The notes beneath the pieces are model-generated. The model was not told the DNA's origin. It saw nothing but the letters and a program-made list of their open reading frames with translations, and did not search any database. Shown here piece by piece: positions 19,665 to 28,707 of a DNA stretch of 64,000 bases. The DNA comes from Parcubacteria group bacterium Gr01-1014_8 (GTDB lineage: Bacteria; Patescibacteriota; Minisyncoccia; Phycocordibacterales; UBA2100): contig VMGC01000005.1 in the NCBI GenBank assembly GCA_007376385.1, forward strand, positions 119,386 to 183,385. Direction: 5' to 3'. How positions within the stretch are numbered: position 1 is the first letter of the stretch; the number at the start of each line of letters is the position of its first letter. A program made the position numbers and the translations under genes.

Positions 19665-19738
19665 GGTGTCGGAATGGAGTGCTACGATTGAGGAGGTCGA
19701 TGCATATTAACAGCCTCATTCATGGCAAAACTAAAACT

Positions 19739-19939
19739 ATGACTCAAAATCTCGGACGTCTTGATAGGATACTGCGTTTCGCGCTCGCATTCTGGTGGCT
19801 TGGTCCATGGGCGCCATCGTACGGCATCCCCTTCGTTGACTGGGCAATTTTCCTTGTGGCGTGGATAGCGCTTATCGAGAGTTTCTCGGCGTGGTGTCTG
19901 TTGCATACGTGGTTTGGCATTGATAACAAGGATCAGTGA
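19739..19939 (+). CDS. DUF2892 (YgaP-like) small inner-membrane protein
   Basis: LGRLDRILRFALAF...GIPFVDWAIFLVAWIALIESFSAWC is typical of DUF2892. Confidence 0.6.
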   Translation: MTQNLGRLDRILRFALAFWWLGPWAPSYGIPFVDWAIFLVAWIALIESFSAWCLLHTWFGIDNKDQ

Positions 19940-19966
19940 GTTTTAACAGGTTAGAAAAAAGTTCCT

Positions 19967-20233
19967 GTGGAAAACACATCTCGTATTTCGGGAGTTGCTG
20001 CCGGGGCAGGGGTTGCAGCGGCACTTGTTGTTGCTTTCGTACTGTGTGCGATAGTGCAGGCCGTTGCACCGAGTATTCAGGCAACACATATGTGGGTAAG
20101 CCTTTTCACTTCGTCGCCGATCGGGTCCGCAGGTGCGTGGATAAGCGGTATCGCGAGCAGCGCTGTCGCGGGGTTTGTTTCTGGATGGATATTTGCGAGG
20201 GTTTATAATCTCATATCTTCACGCAAGGCGTGA
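19967..20233 (+). CDS. small Gly/Ala-rich membrane protein
   Basis: 88 aa with two TM segments. Confidence 0.35.
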   Translation: MENTSRISGVAAGAGVAAALVVAFVLCAIVQAVAPSIQATHMWVSLFTSSPIGSAGAWISGIASSAVAGFVSGWIFARVYNLISSRKA

Positions 20234-20772
20234 ACGGGGCAATGCGGGCGAATACACAGTGGTACGTTGTCACCGGAGGTCCCAGCTCCGGCAAAACGAC
20301 GACGGTAAATATATTGAAAGAGCGCGGATACAAGACGACCATTGAGCACGCGCGCCATTACATAGACACGAAGCGCGTCACAGGGAAGACCACGGATGAG
20401 ATACGCGCGAATCAGGTAGCATTTCAACAAGGCGTTCTCGATATGCAAATACGAGAGGAGAAGGCCCTCTCAAGGGACGAGGTAGTTTTTCTTGACCGGG
20501 CAGTTCCCGATGCGCTCGCATATTACCGTTTTCAATCTCTGCCAGAAGATGAGAAGCTGCAAAACGCTCTCCGGAGTGCGTCGTATAAAAAGGTATTCAT
20601 TCTGGATCCACTCCCGCTTGCTCCTGATTATGCCCGCACTGAAGATGAGACAGCGCAGAAACGATTACACGAGTTGCTCACCGAAGTATATGAGTCTCTC
20701 GGTTTTCCGGTTGTTCATGTTTCTGTTCTTCCACCGAAAGAGCGTGTGGATTTTATTTTGAAGAATCTATAG
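20230..20772 (+). CDS. P-loop NTPase (AAA_28-like small ATPase)
   Basis: Walker A motif VVTGGPSSGKTT and a Walker B-like motif VVFLDR. Confidence 0.6.
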   Translation: MNGAMRANTQWYVVTGGPSSGKTTTVNILKERGYKTTIEHARHYIDTKRVTGKTTDEIRANQVAFQQGVLDMQIREEKALSRDEVVFLDRAVPDALAYYRFQSLPEDEKLQNALRSASYKKVFILDPLPLAPDYARTEDETAQKRLHELLTEVYESLGFPVVHVSVLPPKERVDFILKNL

Positions 20773-20826
20773 CAAAAGTCCGTCCGCCAAATTGGCGAGC
20801 GGGCTTTGCAGTGAAGAGCTAAAATT

Positions 20827-20949
20827 CTATTTTTTCGATATCTGTTGCCACAACCAGATGCCAACGAGAACCAGGTCCACAAGCACTATGATCACAAAGA
20901 GAGAGCCAAAAATGCCTGCTCCGCCCATCATTCCGTATCCACCCATCAT
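20827..20949 (-). CDS. unannotated mini-protein (about 40 aa): MMGGYGMMGGAGIFGSLFVIIVLVDLVLVGIWLWQQISKK
   Basis: Hand translation of the minus strand. It is not in the ORF track because it is under 60 aa. A Met/Gly-rich N-terminus followed by a single TM segment. Confidence 0.3.
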   Translation of the reverse strand: MMGGYGMMGGAGIFGSLFVIIVLVDLVLVGIWLWQQISKK

Positions 20950-21142
20950 ATGAGAAATAGTTTTACTGCTAGTAAGGCGACCTCCGGCTAGTATACCCCA
21001 TGAGATGAATCATTCATCGTAAATTGGAGACATAATTTTAGGGTAAAAAGTCCCATTTGATGTCTGAAACTGTACGTTTTTCTATCTCACGGGGTATACC
21101 CTGGTATCTTGCGTTCATTTTGTCTAGGTATAGAGTGGGGAT

Positions 21143-21520
21143 GTGGACATGCGAGCATATACACCTTTGTTTCTCGCTATCGTCGTTATGGCGGCGGTTT
21201 TCGGGATGCCATTATTGCTCTCCGGCCCGATGCACCATGAAATGGGCTGTCCGTTTGATCAAGGAGAGGCAGCAATGTGCGCGATGAGCGTACTTGAACA
21301 CATGAAGTATTGGCAGCTCGCGTTTGCAAGCATCGTTCTTGAATTGCTTGCAGTTGCTGCGCTGACGTTTATTGCATATGGAAAGTGGAAAGGCATTGCA
21401 CCTCGAACGCCGGGCTTCGGGAGAATACTCGCACACAGTCATGTACCAGCGAGACCGACCTTGTTCCAGGAACTTTTTTCGCGAGGAATACTTAATCGTA
21501 AAGAATCCTACATTTTCTAG
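21143..21520 (+). CDS. membrane protein with a His/Met/Cys-rich loop (possible metal-binding)
   Basis: GPMHHEMGCPFDQGEAAMCAMSVLEHMKYW sits between two TM segments. Confidence 0.4.
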   Translation: MDMRAYTPLFLAIVVMAAVFGMPLLLSGPMHHEMGCPFDQGEAAMCAMSVLEHMKYWQLAFASIVLELLAVAALTFIAYGKWKGIAPRTPGFGRILAHSHVPARPTLFQELFSRGILNRKESYIF

Positions 21521-21550
21521 TTTTTGCTTTAGCAGTTAACTAGAAAATGT

Positions 21551-21724
21551 ATGGAACATACAAGCGCAATTTTTGTAACAGTACTTACGATCGGTCTCTT
21601 TGGGCTTATCATAGGTTTAGCTTCTGGCTACAACTTGGGTCTGCACAGGCTTGGCGCGCCGTCTATCGGCAACCACATCATGTCTAATGGTTACATCATG
21701 AAAGATGGTTCTATGGGCATGTAA
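21551..21724 (+). CDS. small hydrophobic ORF (57 aa)
   Basis: Hand-translated MEHTSAIFVTVLTIGLFGLIIGLASGYNLGLHRLGAPSIGNHIMSNGYIMKDGSMGM. Confidence 0.2.
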   Translation: MEHTSAIFVTVLTIGLFGLIIGLASGYNLGLHRLGAPSIGNHIMSNGYIMKDGSMGM

Positions 21725-21807
21725 AAGTGCGAGCCGCTTGCTTGGCATCCGCCAAGCAAGCGGCCTCCCGCACCTCTCAAACAATTAAACGGATAAATAG
21801 TACACTC

Positions 21808-22221
21808 ATGAAAACAATACTTATCGGCGGCATCGTCATATTGCTTCTCATCGGCGGGGCATGGTGGACGAAGAGCCTTCAAAAGAGCGATCCGGATGTC
21901 GTATCAAGAAACGGCCTACACTGGCATCCGACGCTTGCCATATATGTGAAGGGTGAAAAACAGGACATACCGAAGGGTATAGGACTTGGGGCAACGCATC
22001 TTCCGATGCACACGCACGATGACCTTCCTATTATTCACCTCGAATTCGGCAGCGTTGTCAGAAAGGAAGACTTGATGCTCGGACAATTCTTCAAGAATTG
22101 GGGAAAAGACATGCACTCGTTCGGAACAAATGTACACATGACGGTCAACGGGGAAACGAATACTGAGTTCGAGAACTACAGCATGCACGATAAAGACGTA
22201 ATAGAATTGCACTATGACTAA
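21808..22221 (+). CDS. signal-anchored His-rich protein co-transcribed with the multicopper oxidase (possible copper-handling accessory)
   Basis: His clusters (HWHP, HLPMHTHDD, HLEF, HMTV, HDKD). 8-nt overlap with the multicopper oxidase start. Confidence 0.45.
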   Translation: MKTILIGGIVILLLIGGAWWTKSLQKSDPDVVSRNGLHWHPTLAIYVKGEKQDIPKGIGLGATHLPMHTHDDLPIIHLEFGSVVRKEDLMLGQFFKNWGKDMHSFGTNVHMTVNGETNTEFENYSMHDKDVIELHYD

Positions 22222-23755
22222 GGCACAACTATTCAGTATTTTTCTCGCCATAGCGGTTCTAGGGATCGCTATGTATACGACTCAAGGGTATCTCTGGCCC
22301 GCGTCTCCTGTTGTGGCGAGTCAGGTGGTAGAGCTTGCGGACGGCGCCACATACGAGCTCACTGCGAGCGCAGTTGAAAAGGAAATAGGCGGTAGGACGT
22401 ATCGCATGCTCGCGTACAACGGTTCCATACCCGGTCCGCTCATTAAAGTTGCACAAGGTTCAGAAGTGACCATTAACTTTACGAACGATACCGGCATGAA
22501 GACGCTGCTCCATTCGCACGGAGTCCGCATGGACAACGCGTTCGACGGCTCGCAGACATCGCAAAAAGAAATGGAGCCTGGCGAGACATTCTCGTATACG
22601 CTTACGTTTCCCGATGCGGGCATGTACTGGTACCACCCGCATGTACGGGAGGATTATCAGCAGGAGCTTGGGCTCTATGGTAACTTCCTTGTCGTTTCAG
22701 TAGACGCGAACTATTGGTCGCCGGTAAACCGCGAAATACCGCTCTTCCTCGATGACCTTCTCATCGAAGGCGGGAATATCGAGTTAAGCACGCGCGGCGC
22801 AGATAGAACGCTCATGGGCCGATTCGGCAACGTCATGTTGATAAACGGCGACGACAATTACACGCTTTTAGCTAAGAAAGGGGAAGTCATCCGATTCTAC
22901 GTAACGAATTCAGCCAATGTACGACCGTTCAACTTTGCGATCGACGGCGCGCGGCTCAAGCTGGTTGGCGCGGACAACGGCGCGTACGAACACGATGCGT
23001 GGAAGGATTCGGTTCTTATCGGACCGTCGGAACGAGCGATAGTAGAAGTCTTGTTCGACAAAAGCGGTTCTTTCTCCCCGCAGAACCGAACGCCTAATAG
23101 AACGTACACATTGGGGCGCATAGATGTGTCAGCCGAAACCATTGGGGTCTCGTACGCTAATGAATTTGCAGAGTTGCGGACACACGAGGCGACGGTGCGA
23201 AGCATTGATGCGCTCCGTCCGTTATTCGCAAAGGTCCCGGACAAGCGCATTTCGCTTTCTATCGACATGATGGGGGGAATGATGGGTGGAGGCGGTCAGC
23301 ACAGGATGTCGGACGGCTCGATGATGGACAACGGCATGACGATGGGAATTCCTGAAGGTGGCATAGAGTGGGAGGACGATATGCAGATGATGAATGCGAT
23401 GTCGGATGCAGATTCAGCAAAATGGAAAATAGTCGACGAGGATACTCGAAAAGAGAATATGGATATTGATTGGTCGTTCAAGCACGGCGAGCCTGTGAAG
23501 ATCCGCATATTCAACGACCCGAGATCCATGCATCCCATGCAGCATCCGATACACTTTCACGGTCAGCGATTTCTCGTCGTGGCGCGTGACGGCGTCCCAC
23601 AGACAAATCTCGTATGGAAAGATACGGTACTCGTAAAAGCCGGTGAGACGGTTGATATTGTGCTCGACACATCAAATCCAGGGAAATGGATGGCCCACTG
23701 CCATATCGCGGAACACCTTGAAGCGGGGATGATGTTCACCTTCAAGGTCGAATAG
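22214..23755 (+). CDS. multicopper oxidase (CueO/laccase-like) with a Met-rich insert
   Basis: Cu-ligand motifs HSHG, WYHPH, HPIHFHG and HCHIAEHLEAGMM. The Met-rich segment MMGGMMGGGGQHRMSDGSMMDNGMTMG...MQMMNAM. Confidence 0.9.
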   Translation: MTKAQLFSIFLAIAVLGIAMYTTQGYLWPASPVVASQVVELADGATYELTASAVEKEIGGRTYRMLAYNGSIPGPLIKVAQGSEVTINFTNDTGMKTLLHSHGVRMDNAFDGSQTSQKEMEPGETFSYTLTFPDAGMYWYHPHVREDYQQELGLYGNFLVVSVDANYWSPVNREIPLFLDDLLIEGGNIELSTRGADRTLMGRFGNVMLINGDDNYTLLAKKGEVIRFYVTNSANVRPFNFAIDGARLKLVGADNGAYEHDAWKDSVLIGPSERAIVEVLFDKSGSFSPQNRTPNRTYTLGRIDVSAETIGVSYANEFAELRTHEATVRSIDALRPLFAKVPDKRISLSIDMMGGMMGGGGQHRMSDGSMMDNGMTMGIPEGGIEWEDDMQMMNAMSDADSAKWKIVDEDTRKENMDIDWSFKHGEPVKIRIFNDPRSMHPMQHPIHFHGQRFLVVARDGVPQTNLVWKDTVLVKAGETVDIVLDTSNPGKWMAHCHIAEHLEAGMMFTFKVE

Positions 23756-23805
23756 CCGGAGTGATGGTGTACTATTCAGAGACTAGCAGTAATGTATCAA
23801 GACAT

Positions 23806-23979
23806 ATGTCATGTAAAACATGCGGCGGCGCAACAGAAGGTTATAAGTGCGATGTCTGTGGCACCGAGGCGAAAGAGCACGATGACAAGCATTCGTGCGG
23901 AGGGCAGCACTGCATGCAGAAGTGCGCGATGTGCAATGAGGCGGAAACGAAATGCAGCTGCAGTTCAGTCGAGAGGTAA
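23806..23979 (+). CDS. small Cys-rich protein (12 Cys in 57 aa), putative metal-binding
   Basis: MSCKTCGGATEGYKCDVCGTEAKEHDDKHSCGGQHCMQKCAMCNEAETKCSCSS, immediately downstream of the multicopper oxidase. Confidence 0.45.
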   Translation: MSCKTCGGATEGYKCDVCGTEAKEHDDKHSCGGQHCMQKCAMCNEAETKCSCSSVER

Positions 23980-24033
23980 CATGCTGCCTAGGCGCGAGAC
24001 TGGCGCGGACAATGGGCGGGAGGGCAGATAGAG

Positions 24034-24062
24034 AAAAAAGGACGGCTCTGCCGTCCTTTTCT
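24034..24062. terminator. rho-independent terminator (bidirectional)
   Basis: AAAAAGGACGGCTCTGCCGTCCTTTTCTT sits between convergent genes. Confidence 0.65.
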
Positions 24063-24086
24063 TGCGGCTTTCGAGCTGCTCAAAGC

Positions 24087-24326
24087 TCAAATTTTAATGA
24101 GACTCAATTTCTTTTTTCGGGACCATTGTTTTATCTCAAACTCGCGCTTAAGTGCTGAACTTCTATTCCTCTTTTTTTCCGAATACAATACTCTTACAAC
24201 GCCTCTGCTTCGTGTGTAATTACCACCGAGTCCTTTCTGGTGTTCCTTGAAACGACGTCGTATATCCATCGTGATGCCCGTATATATAGAGCTATCTTTG
24301 CACTCTATGATGTATACCCAGTACAT
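24087..24326 (-). CDS. GIY-YIG nuclease family protein
   Basis: MYWVYIIECKDSSIYTGITMDIRRRFKEHQKG is the GIY-YIG signature. Confidence 0.75.
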   Translation of the reverse strand: MYWVYIIECKDSSIYTGITMDIRRRFKEHQKGLGGNYTRSRGVVRVLYSEKKRNRSSALKREFEIKQWSRKKKLSLIKI

Positions 24327-24569
24327 TATGTCCGTCGCTTCTTGCGTGTCTCAATTTTACTTTCTATAAGTTTCGTCCAACCTAAGATCTCTATCGCGCT
24401 TAATACAGCCTCCTTTTCTTCTTCATTCAAGATATTTTTGTGCAGCAACACAGTCAAAATATCTATTGCTTTCTTGTCTTCCATAGGTTTCTTCATAGTA
24501 TCGCATTACAGCGTGGAAGATCTGTCTCTCTGCCGGGCAGATCCAGAGCGATCGATGAGAGGAAAATCG

Positions 24570-24947
24570 CTAAAGAGCTGGAGGCGGCAAAGTCTGTTTT
24601 CGCAGTTTCCACCACCCGACGACAATCGGGAGGAAAAACGTGAGGGCGTAGTATAAATACACATCTAATTTGTAGTAGCCGTCCGCCGGTTGGAAGGCTT
24701 TGTACAGGAAGAAGTAATCGCAGACGATGGCGATCAGCACCCAGGCAGCGCCGACGAGTGCGTAGTATTGCACCGTACTCCCGTTAATTTTCTTCAAGAG
24801 CACCCACGTCGTGATGACAATCCCGATTGGTGTGATGATCCATCCAATTGCCGCAGAGGACACAAGCGTAAACAGGATGATGCCAAGCGCATACCCGATA
24901 AGCCAGAGCAGGAGTCCCCACCCGATTGTGTCTTTCAGAAGCTGCAT
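24570..24947 (-). CDS. hypothetical 4-TM membrane protein, paralog A (of 31679..32059)
   Basis: Shares GY-LGI-LF, IGWI-TPIG, YYAL, AW-LIAIV-DY-FL and FKPADGYYKLDVYLYYALT with the second copy. Confidence 0.5.
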   Translation of the reverse strand: MQLLKDTIGWGLLLWLIGYALGIILFTLVSSAAIGWIITPIGIVITTWVLLKKINGSTVQYYALVGAAWVLIAIVCDYFFLYKAFQPADGYYKLDVYLYYALTFFLPIVVGWWKLRKQTLPPPAL

Positions 24948-24973
24948 GTTCACGCGTTGATTATATCTCATTT

Positions 24974-25519
24974 TTAAAACAGCCTTATTTTCGCGTACGA
25001 AGATCCGTCTCCTATTCGTCCCTTGCCAATGTTTGTAAGACGTACCTGGCCTTGCGGATTAAATGCGCAAAATGTTGTCTTTCTCCCTTCCGGTCCGACA
25101 AGCATCCGGACGCGGCGTTCGTACAGCGGCAGCTTGTGAAGTTCCGCACGAAGGATGTCCATAGTATTCGTATCTCGTACTATCCATCCTACGTGCCAAG
25201 TATCGATATCGGGCTCCACTTCGAGTACCACATAATTTCTCCATCCGCCAATAAGCGGAATATGAAATAGGGGACCTGCACCGCTCTTTATTGATGATGC
25301 ATCATCACCCTCGATCACCACGCATTTTTTTAAGTCTATAGATGCTATTTCATCGTCATTGAATTTCTGAGCGTGCCATGCATGCGACTCTTGCGGCCGC
25401 TCGAATAGAGCCATCGACATAAGCCGCATGAATGGAGACATCGCGTAATCAATCAACTGCCACGACATGTGCAGGGACCTCGGCTTCATGGTTCTAGTGT
25501 AGCAAGTACCCAACTTCAA
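24974..25519 (-). CDS. hypothetical protein
   Basis: 181-aa ORF. No motif recognised. Confidence 0.4.
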   Translation of the reverse strand: MKLGTCYTRTMKPRSLHMSWQLIDYAMSPFMRLMSMALFERPQESHAWHAQKFNDDEIASIDLKKCVVIEGDDASSIKSGAGPLFHIPLIGGWRNYVVLEVEPDIDTWHVGWIVRDTNTMDILRAELHKLPLYERRVRMLVGPEGRKTTFCAFNPQGQVRLTNIGKGRIGDGSSYAKIRLF

Positions 25520-25532
25520 ATCATTCCCCCTG

Positions 25533-26231
25533 CTATGAAATCGCTGGTGGTGGCCACGTATGCGAGATCATCACAAGCGCCACATAAAACGTTAGGTGGA
25601 TCATGTAGTTGTATACGAAACCGCTCGGAACACGCAGGATCAAGTAGGGAAATATGAATGCGGAAGCAACGGCGCCGAGTGTCATGACCATCGTATATGG
25701 CGTGGGCGCGCCGCCGATTGCAAAGAGCAGAATGTGCACGCCGCCGAAACATACTGCGTATACAATGGATGTTTTTTTAACCGAACGAAATGTTGTAGCG
25801 AGTGCCAAGATGAGTGCAGCTATCAATACTTGCTGGATCAAAATATCAAGCGCTTTCGGGAGAAAGTACCACGGTGTTGCGAATATAATATCGGTATATT
25901 GCGCGATGCGAGGTACCTGCGGAATCGGAAGCTGTGAAAGGACGAAGAGCATAAAGAAAATGAATGCGCCATACGCTCCACAGAGTAGTCCATATACCCA
26001 GACACGATTTTCGGTCGGGAGCCATTTGGAGAAAATATCCCAAAAAACATACACGCTGATCAAAAGCCACACCACATAGTAGAGCGTGATCGCAACCGGG
26101 GTATTGTTGTAACTGAGATCAACTCCGAGAATGGGGAGGAACGTGTAGAAGCCGATGTTTACGGCGGCCCATAACGCCGCTATCTTACCAAGCGTTTTGT
26201 AGAGGGGGACGCGTAAATGTTCGATGGCCAT
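25533..26231 (-). CDS. hypothetical polytopic membrane protein
   Basis: 232 aa with about 7 TM segments. Confidence 0.5.
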   Translation of the reverse strand: MAIEHLRVPLYKTLGKIAALWAAVNIGFYTFLPILGVDLSYNNTPVAITLYYVVWLLISVYVFWDIFSKWLPTENRVWVYGLLCGAYGAFIFFMLFVLSQLPIPQVPRIAQYTDIIFATPWYFLPKALDILIQQVLIAALILALATTFRSVKKTSIVYAVCFGGVHILLFAIGGAPTPYTMVMTLGAVASAFIFPYLILRVPSGFVYNYMIHLTFYVALVMISHTWPPPAIS

Positions 26232-26388
26232 GATTGTGCGAGTGCGCGTAATTGTACACGAATATGGCTACGAAGGTCGTAGCCACGCTGAATTGTATGT
26301 CGTTATTTTTTGATGAGCCCTAAGCACATCACCGAATATATGCGGTCGGATTTTCAAATGACCAGTTTCCTCCCTGGCATATGCCATC

Positions 26389-26619
26389 TTGGTGCTCTAC
26401 CTTGAGTTCGGTGCCGCACATGTGCTTTTACTGCTGGCGGTGTCTCCGACTCAATATGCCGCAATCATGACAATCGGCGCGCTGGTCTCAACACTCATAT
26501 TTCCGTACTTGATGTTGCGTATACGCGGAGGTTTTGTTATTTCGTATACCATCCATCTTGTCTTTTACATCATTTTGGCGACACTGTTGCACACGTGGCC
26601 GCCGGATCACACGGGATAA
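26389..26619 (+). pseudogene. inverted C-terminal fragment homologous to 25533..26231 (gene remnant; TTG start in the ORF track)
   Basis: Hand-aligned: HVLLLLAVSPTQYAAIMTIGALVSTLIFPYLMLRIRGGFVISYTIHLVFYIILATLLHTWPP against VHILLFAIGGAPTPYTMVMTLGAVASAFIFPYLILRVPSGFVYNYMIHLTFYVALVMISHTWPP. Confidence 0.4.
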
Positions 26620-26673
26620 AAACTTTCAGACGAACAGTCCCGAAATCTGCGCAGGACGTGGTGATGACCCCGC

Positions 26674-27090
26674 TTACTTTGTCTCTAGTCGGATGCTTGT
26701 TCCTGCTTTATTGGTGCGGTAAATATATGTTTCTCCTTTCGCGAGCATTTCGACGGTAAATCCTGGTACTAATGCCTGAAGGCAGCTCTCCGCTGGTCCA
26801 CCAAGTCCGAGACAGCCGTCGGTCCACGTGGTCTCCGTTATCTGCATAATTACTATGCTTTTCTCCTCAACAGAAAGCTTTGAGGCAAGGTCTTTGCGAG
26901 CTACGGCTGCCGCGGGCTCTACGGGGAGGTCGTGAACTATGCTGCCTTGTTGAGGATTCTCGCCAGAGGTAACAGTCATCTGGTTCGTGACAGATGATTC
27001 TGTCGTTGGTTGATCCGCAAAAATCAAATACGCACCTGCTCCAAGAATTAGGACGCCAATAATTGCGAACAATGTTGTGTTGGTGTTCAT
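26674..27090 (-). CDS. signal-anchored hypothetical protein
   Basis: 138 aa with an N-terminal TM segment. Confidence 0.4.
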   Translation of the reverse strand: MNTNTTLFAIIGVLILGAGAYLIFADQPTTESSVTNQMTVTSGENPQQGSIVHDLPVEPAAAVARKDLASKLSVEEKSIVIMQITETTWTDGCLGLGGPAESCLQALVPGFTVEMLAKGETYIYRTNKAGTSIRLETK

Positions 27091-27223
27091 ATGAATAGTA
27101 TAGACGATGATTCCAAAATAATCTTACGCACTAGCGTGATGCGATAATCGTACTCCGAACATCACAAAAAGACTGACTGTGTGGGTTGGCGTTGTCGCGC
27201 TCATACTGCTGGATCGTCACTTT

Positions 27224-27309
27224 ATCTTGCGAGGATAGCGAGAGAAATGCGAGTGCTTGCACTCGCATTTCCGAGCGACGCAGCAAGCAAAGGTTTGAAA
27301 CCTTTCATA
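27224..27309. repeat. structured repeat element of about 80 nt, copy 1
   Basis: TCTTGCGAGGATAGCGAG-hairpin-TTCCGAGCGACGCAGCAAGCAAAGGTTTGAAACCTTTCATA. The second copy is at 27856. Confidence 0.55.
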
Positions 27310-27841
27310 GTTCCACCAAAACGCTCGTTTTTATGCTGCCGTCTTTTGAAGACTCGTCATAGCGCTCGATGCGGAATCCACCTTTCTGGATAAATGCGGC
27401 GAATCTGGTTCCAGTGAGTGCATCGTTGCAGTCCACTTTGCCGAGCATTATCTTGTGATCCTCGATCTCATTCATTTCTTTGCCGGTGCAGCCCATCGCG
27501 GTACCAAGATCGTAGCGCTTCGTTGTGCCGTCCAAAGTGGACACGTCGGCCGCAATCGTCTGTTCGTTGATGCGGTAATCGTCCTCACTCTTGATCTGGG
27601 GATTCGCCTTCTCGATGCTCCAGGTTACTTTCATGACTGTCGTTGCGTCAAGATTCCACAGTGGGAGGAGTGAACCGCCGGTGAGGAAGAAGCCGAGGTC
27701 TCCGACTATGCGGATTGGAGGCGGTGCATCCTCCGCCGGTTGGACAGCGTTGTAATGGATGACCGAGCCAATGTAGCGGACGCCAAGAAAGAGCCCGACG
27801 ATAATAATAACGATTGAAAACATTGTTAGATATCGATTCAT
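27305..27841 (-). CDS. signal-anchored hypothetical protein
   Basis: About 178 aa from MNRYLTMFSIVIIIVGLFL. Flanked by the two 80-nt repeat copies. Confidence 0.45.
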   Translation of the reverse strand: MNRYLTMFSIVIIIVGLFLGVRYIGSVIHYNAVQPAEDAPPPIRIVGDLGFFLTGGSLLPLWNLDATTVMKVTWSIEKANPQIKSEDDYRINEQTIAADVSTLDGTTKRYDLGTAMGCTGKEMNEIEDHKIMLGKVDCNDALTGTRFAAFIQKGGFRIERYDESSKDGSIKTSVLVEL

Positions 27842-27855
27842 ATACTTATTTTTTG

Positions 27856-27932
27856 TCTTGCGAGGATAGCGAGTGAAGCGAAAGCACGCTTTCGCTTTCG
27901 AGCGTCGCAGCAAGTAAAGGTTTACCTTTCAT
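27856..27932. repeat. structured repeat element of about 80 nt, copy 2
   Basis: TCTTGCGAGGATAGCGAG-hairpin-TTTCGAGCGTCGCAGCAAGTAAAGGTTTACCTTTCATA. The internal hairpin has a different sequence from copy 1 but is still self-complementary. Confidence 0.55.
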
Positions 27933-28122
27933 ATTCTAATAATTCTCCCGGCTGACAATCCAGCGCTTTGCAGATCGCCTCGAGGGTTGAAAACCGGATT
28001 GCCCGTGCTTTTCCGTTTTTTAATATAGAAATATTGGCCATCGTGATGCCTACCTTTTCCGTAAGCTCGGTAACGCTCATCTTCCGCTTGGCGAGCATGA
28101 CATCTAAATTGACGATTATCAT
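27922..28122 (-). CDS. XRE-family helix-turn-helix transcriptional regulator
   Basis: LAKRKMSVTELTEKVGITMANISILKNGK is a classic Cro/C1-type HTH. Confidence 0.85.
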   Translation of the reverse strand: MIIVNLDVMLAKRKMSVTELTEKVGITMANISILKNGKARAIRFSTLEAICKALDCQPGELLEYER

Positions 28123-28580
28123 ACCGTTAGGTCGTTCTCTGATTTAATGTCGATAGCATTCTGCAGGAGCTTCTCCAGGACCGCCGCAAAAACGCCGGTG
28201 ATGAGCGGAGCCATGATAAAGACGAGTCCGATGGGTACGGCACCCGGCGCGTCGTCTTTGTCTGCGATATAGATGATGACTGGCATGCCGGCTGCATACA
28301 ATGTGCTGATAGCAAACGCACAATATTTAATAGTCTTGATGGCCTTCACTGATTCCTCCGAGAAAGCGGTGTTCTTGTCTATGTAGCGAAGCAAGAGCAA
28401 GCCCTGATAGAGCGCATAGAAGAAGGGAATAGCCGCTGCACCCATAATGAGCAACAGGGGGAGATACATTCCCGCATTTCCCGAGAGACTCACCCCGGCG
28501 ATGATGATGCATAGTCCGAGCACCGCGAGTCCTAGACAGTAGATAACTACTTTCAGAAATAGAGTCGAGCCCTTTTTCAT
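28119..28580 (-). CDS. DUF2975-like membrane protein (partner of the XRE regulator)
   Basis: 4 TM segments. The gene pair with the downstream small XRE HTH and the 4-nt overlap fit the usual DUF2975-XRE arrangement. Confidence 0.65.
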   Translation of the reverse strand: MKKGSTLFLKVVIYCLGLAVLGLCIIIAGVSLSGNAGMYLPLLLIMGAAAIPFFYALYQGLLLLRYIDKNTAFSEESVKAIKTIKYCAFAISTLYAAGMPVIIYIADKDDAPGAVPIGLVFIMAPLITGVFAAVLEKLLQNAIDIKSENDLTV

Positions 28581-28707
28581 ACAATCAAGTCTATCCTGTC
28601 ATTTATCGTTTGTCAATATATTGTTATCGTTTATATGCTGTTGCCAGGATCTTTAGCAGACGTATAGTTTCGAAGGTGGAAGTAGTCTTGTTTTTGAAAA
28701 AGTCGAA

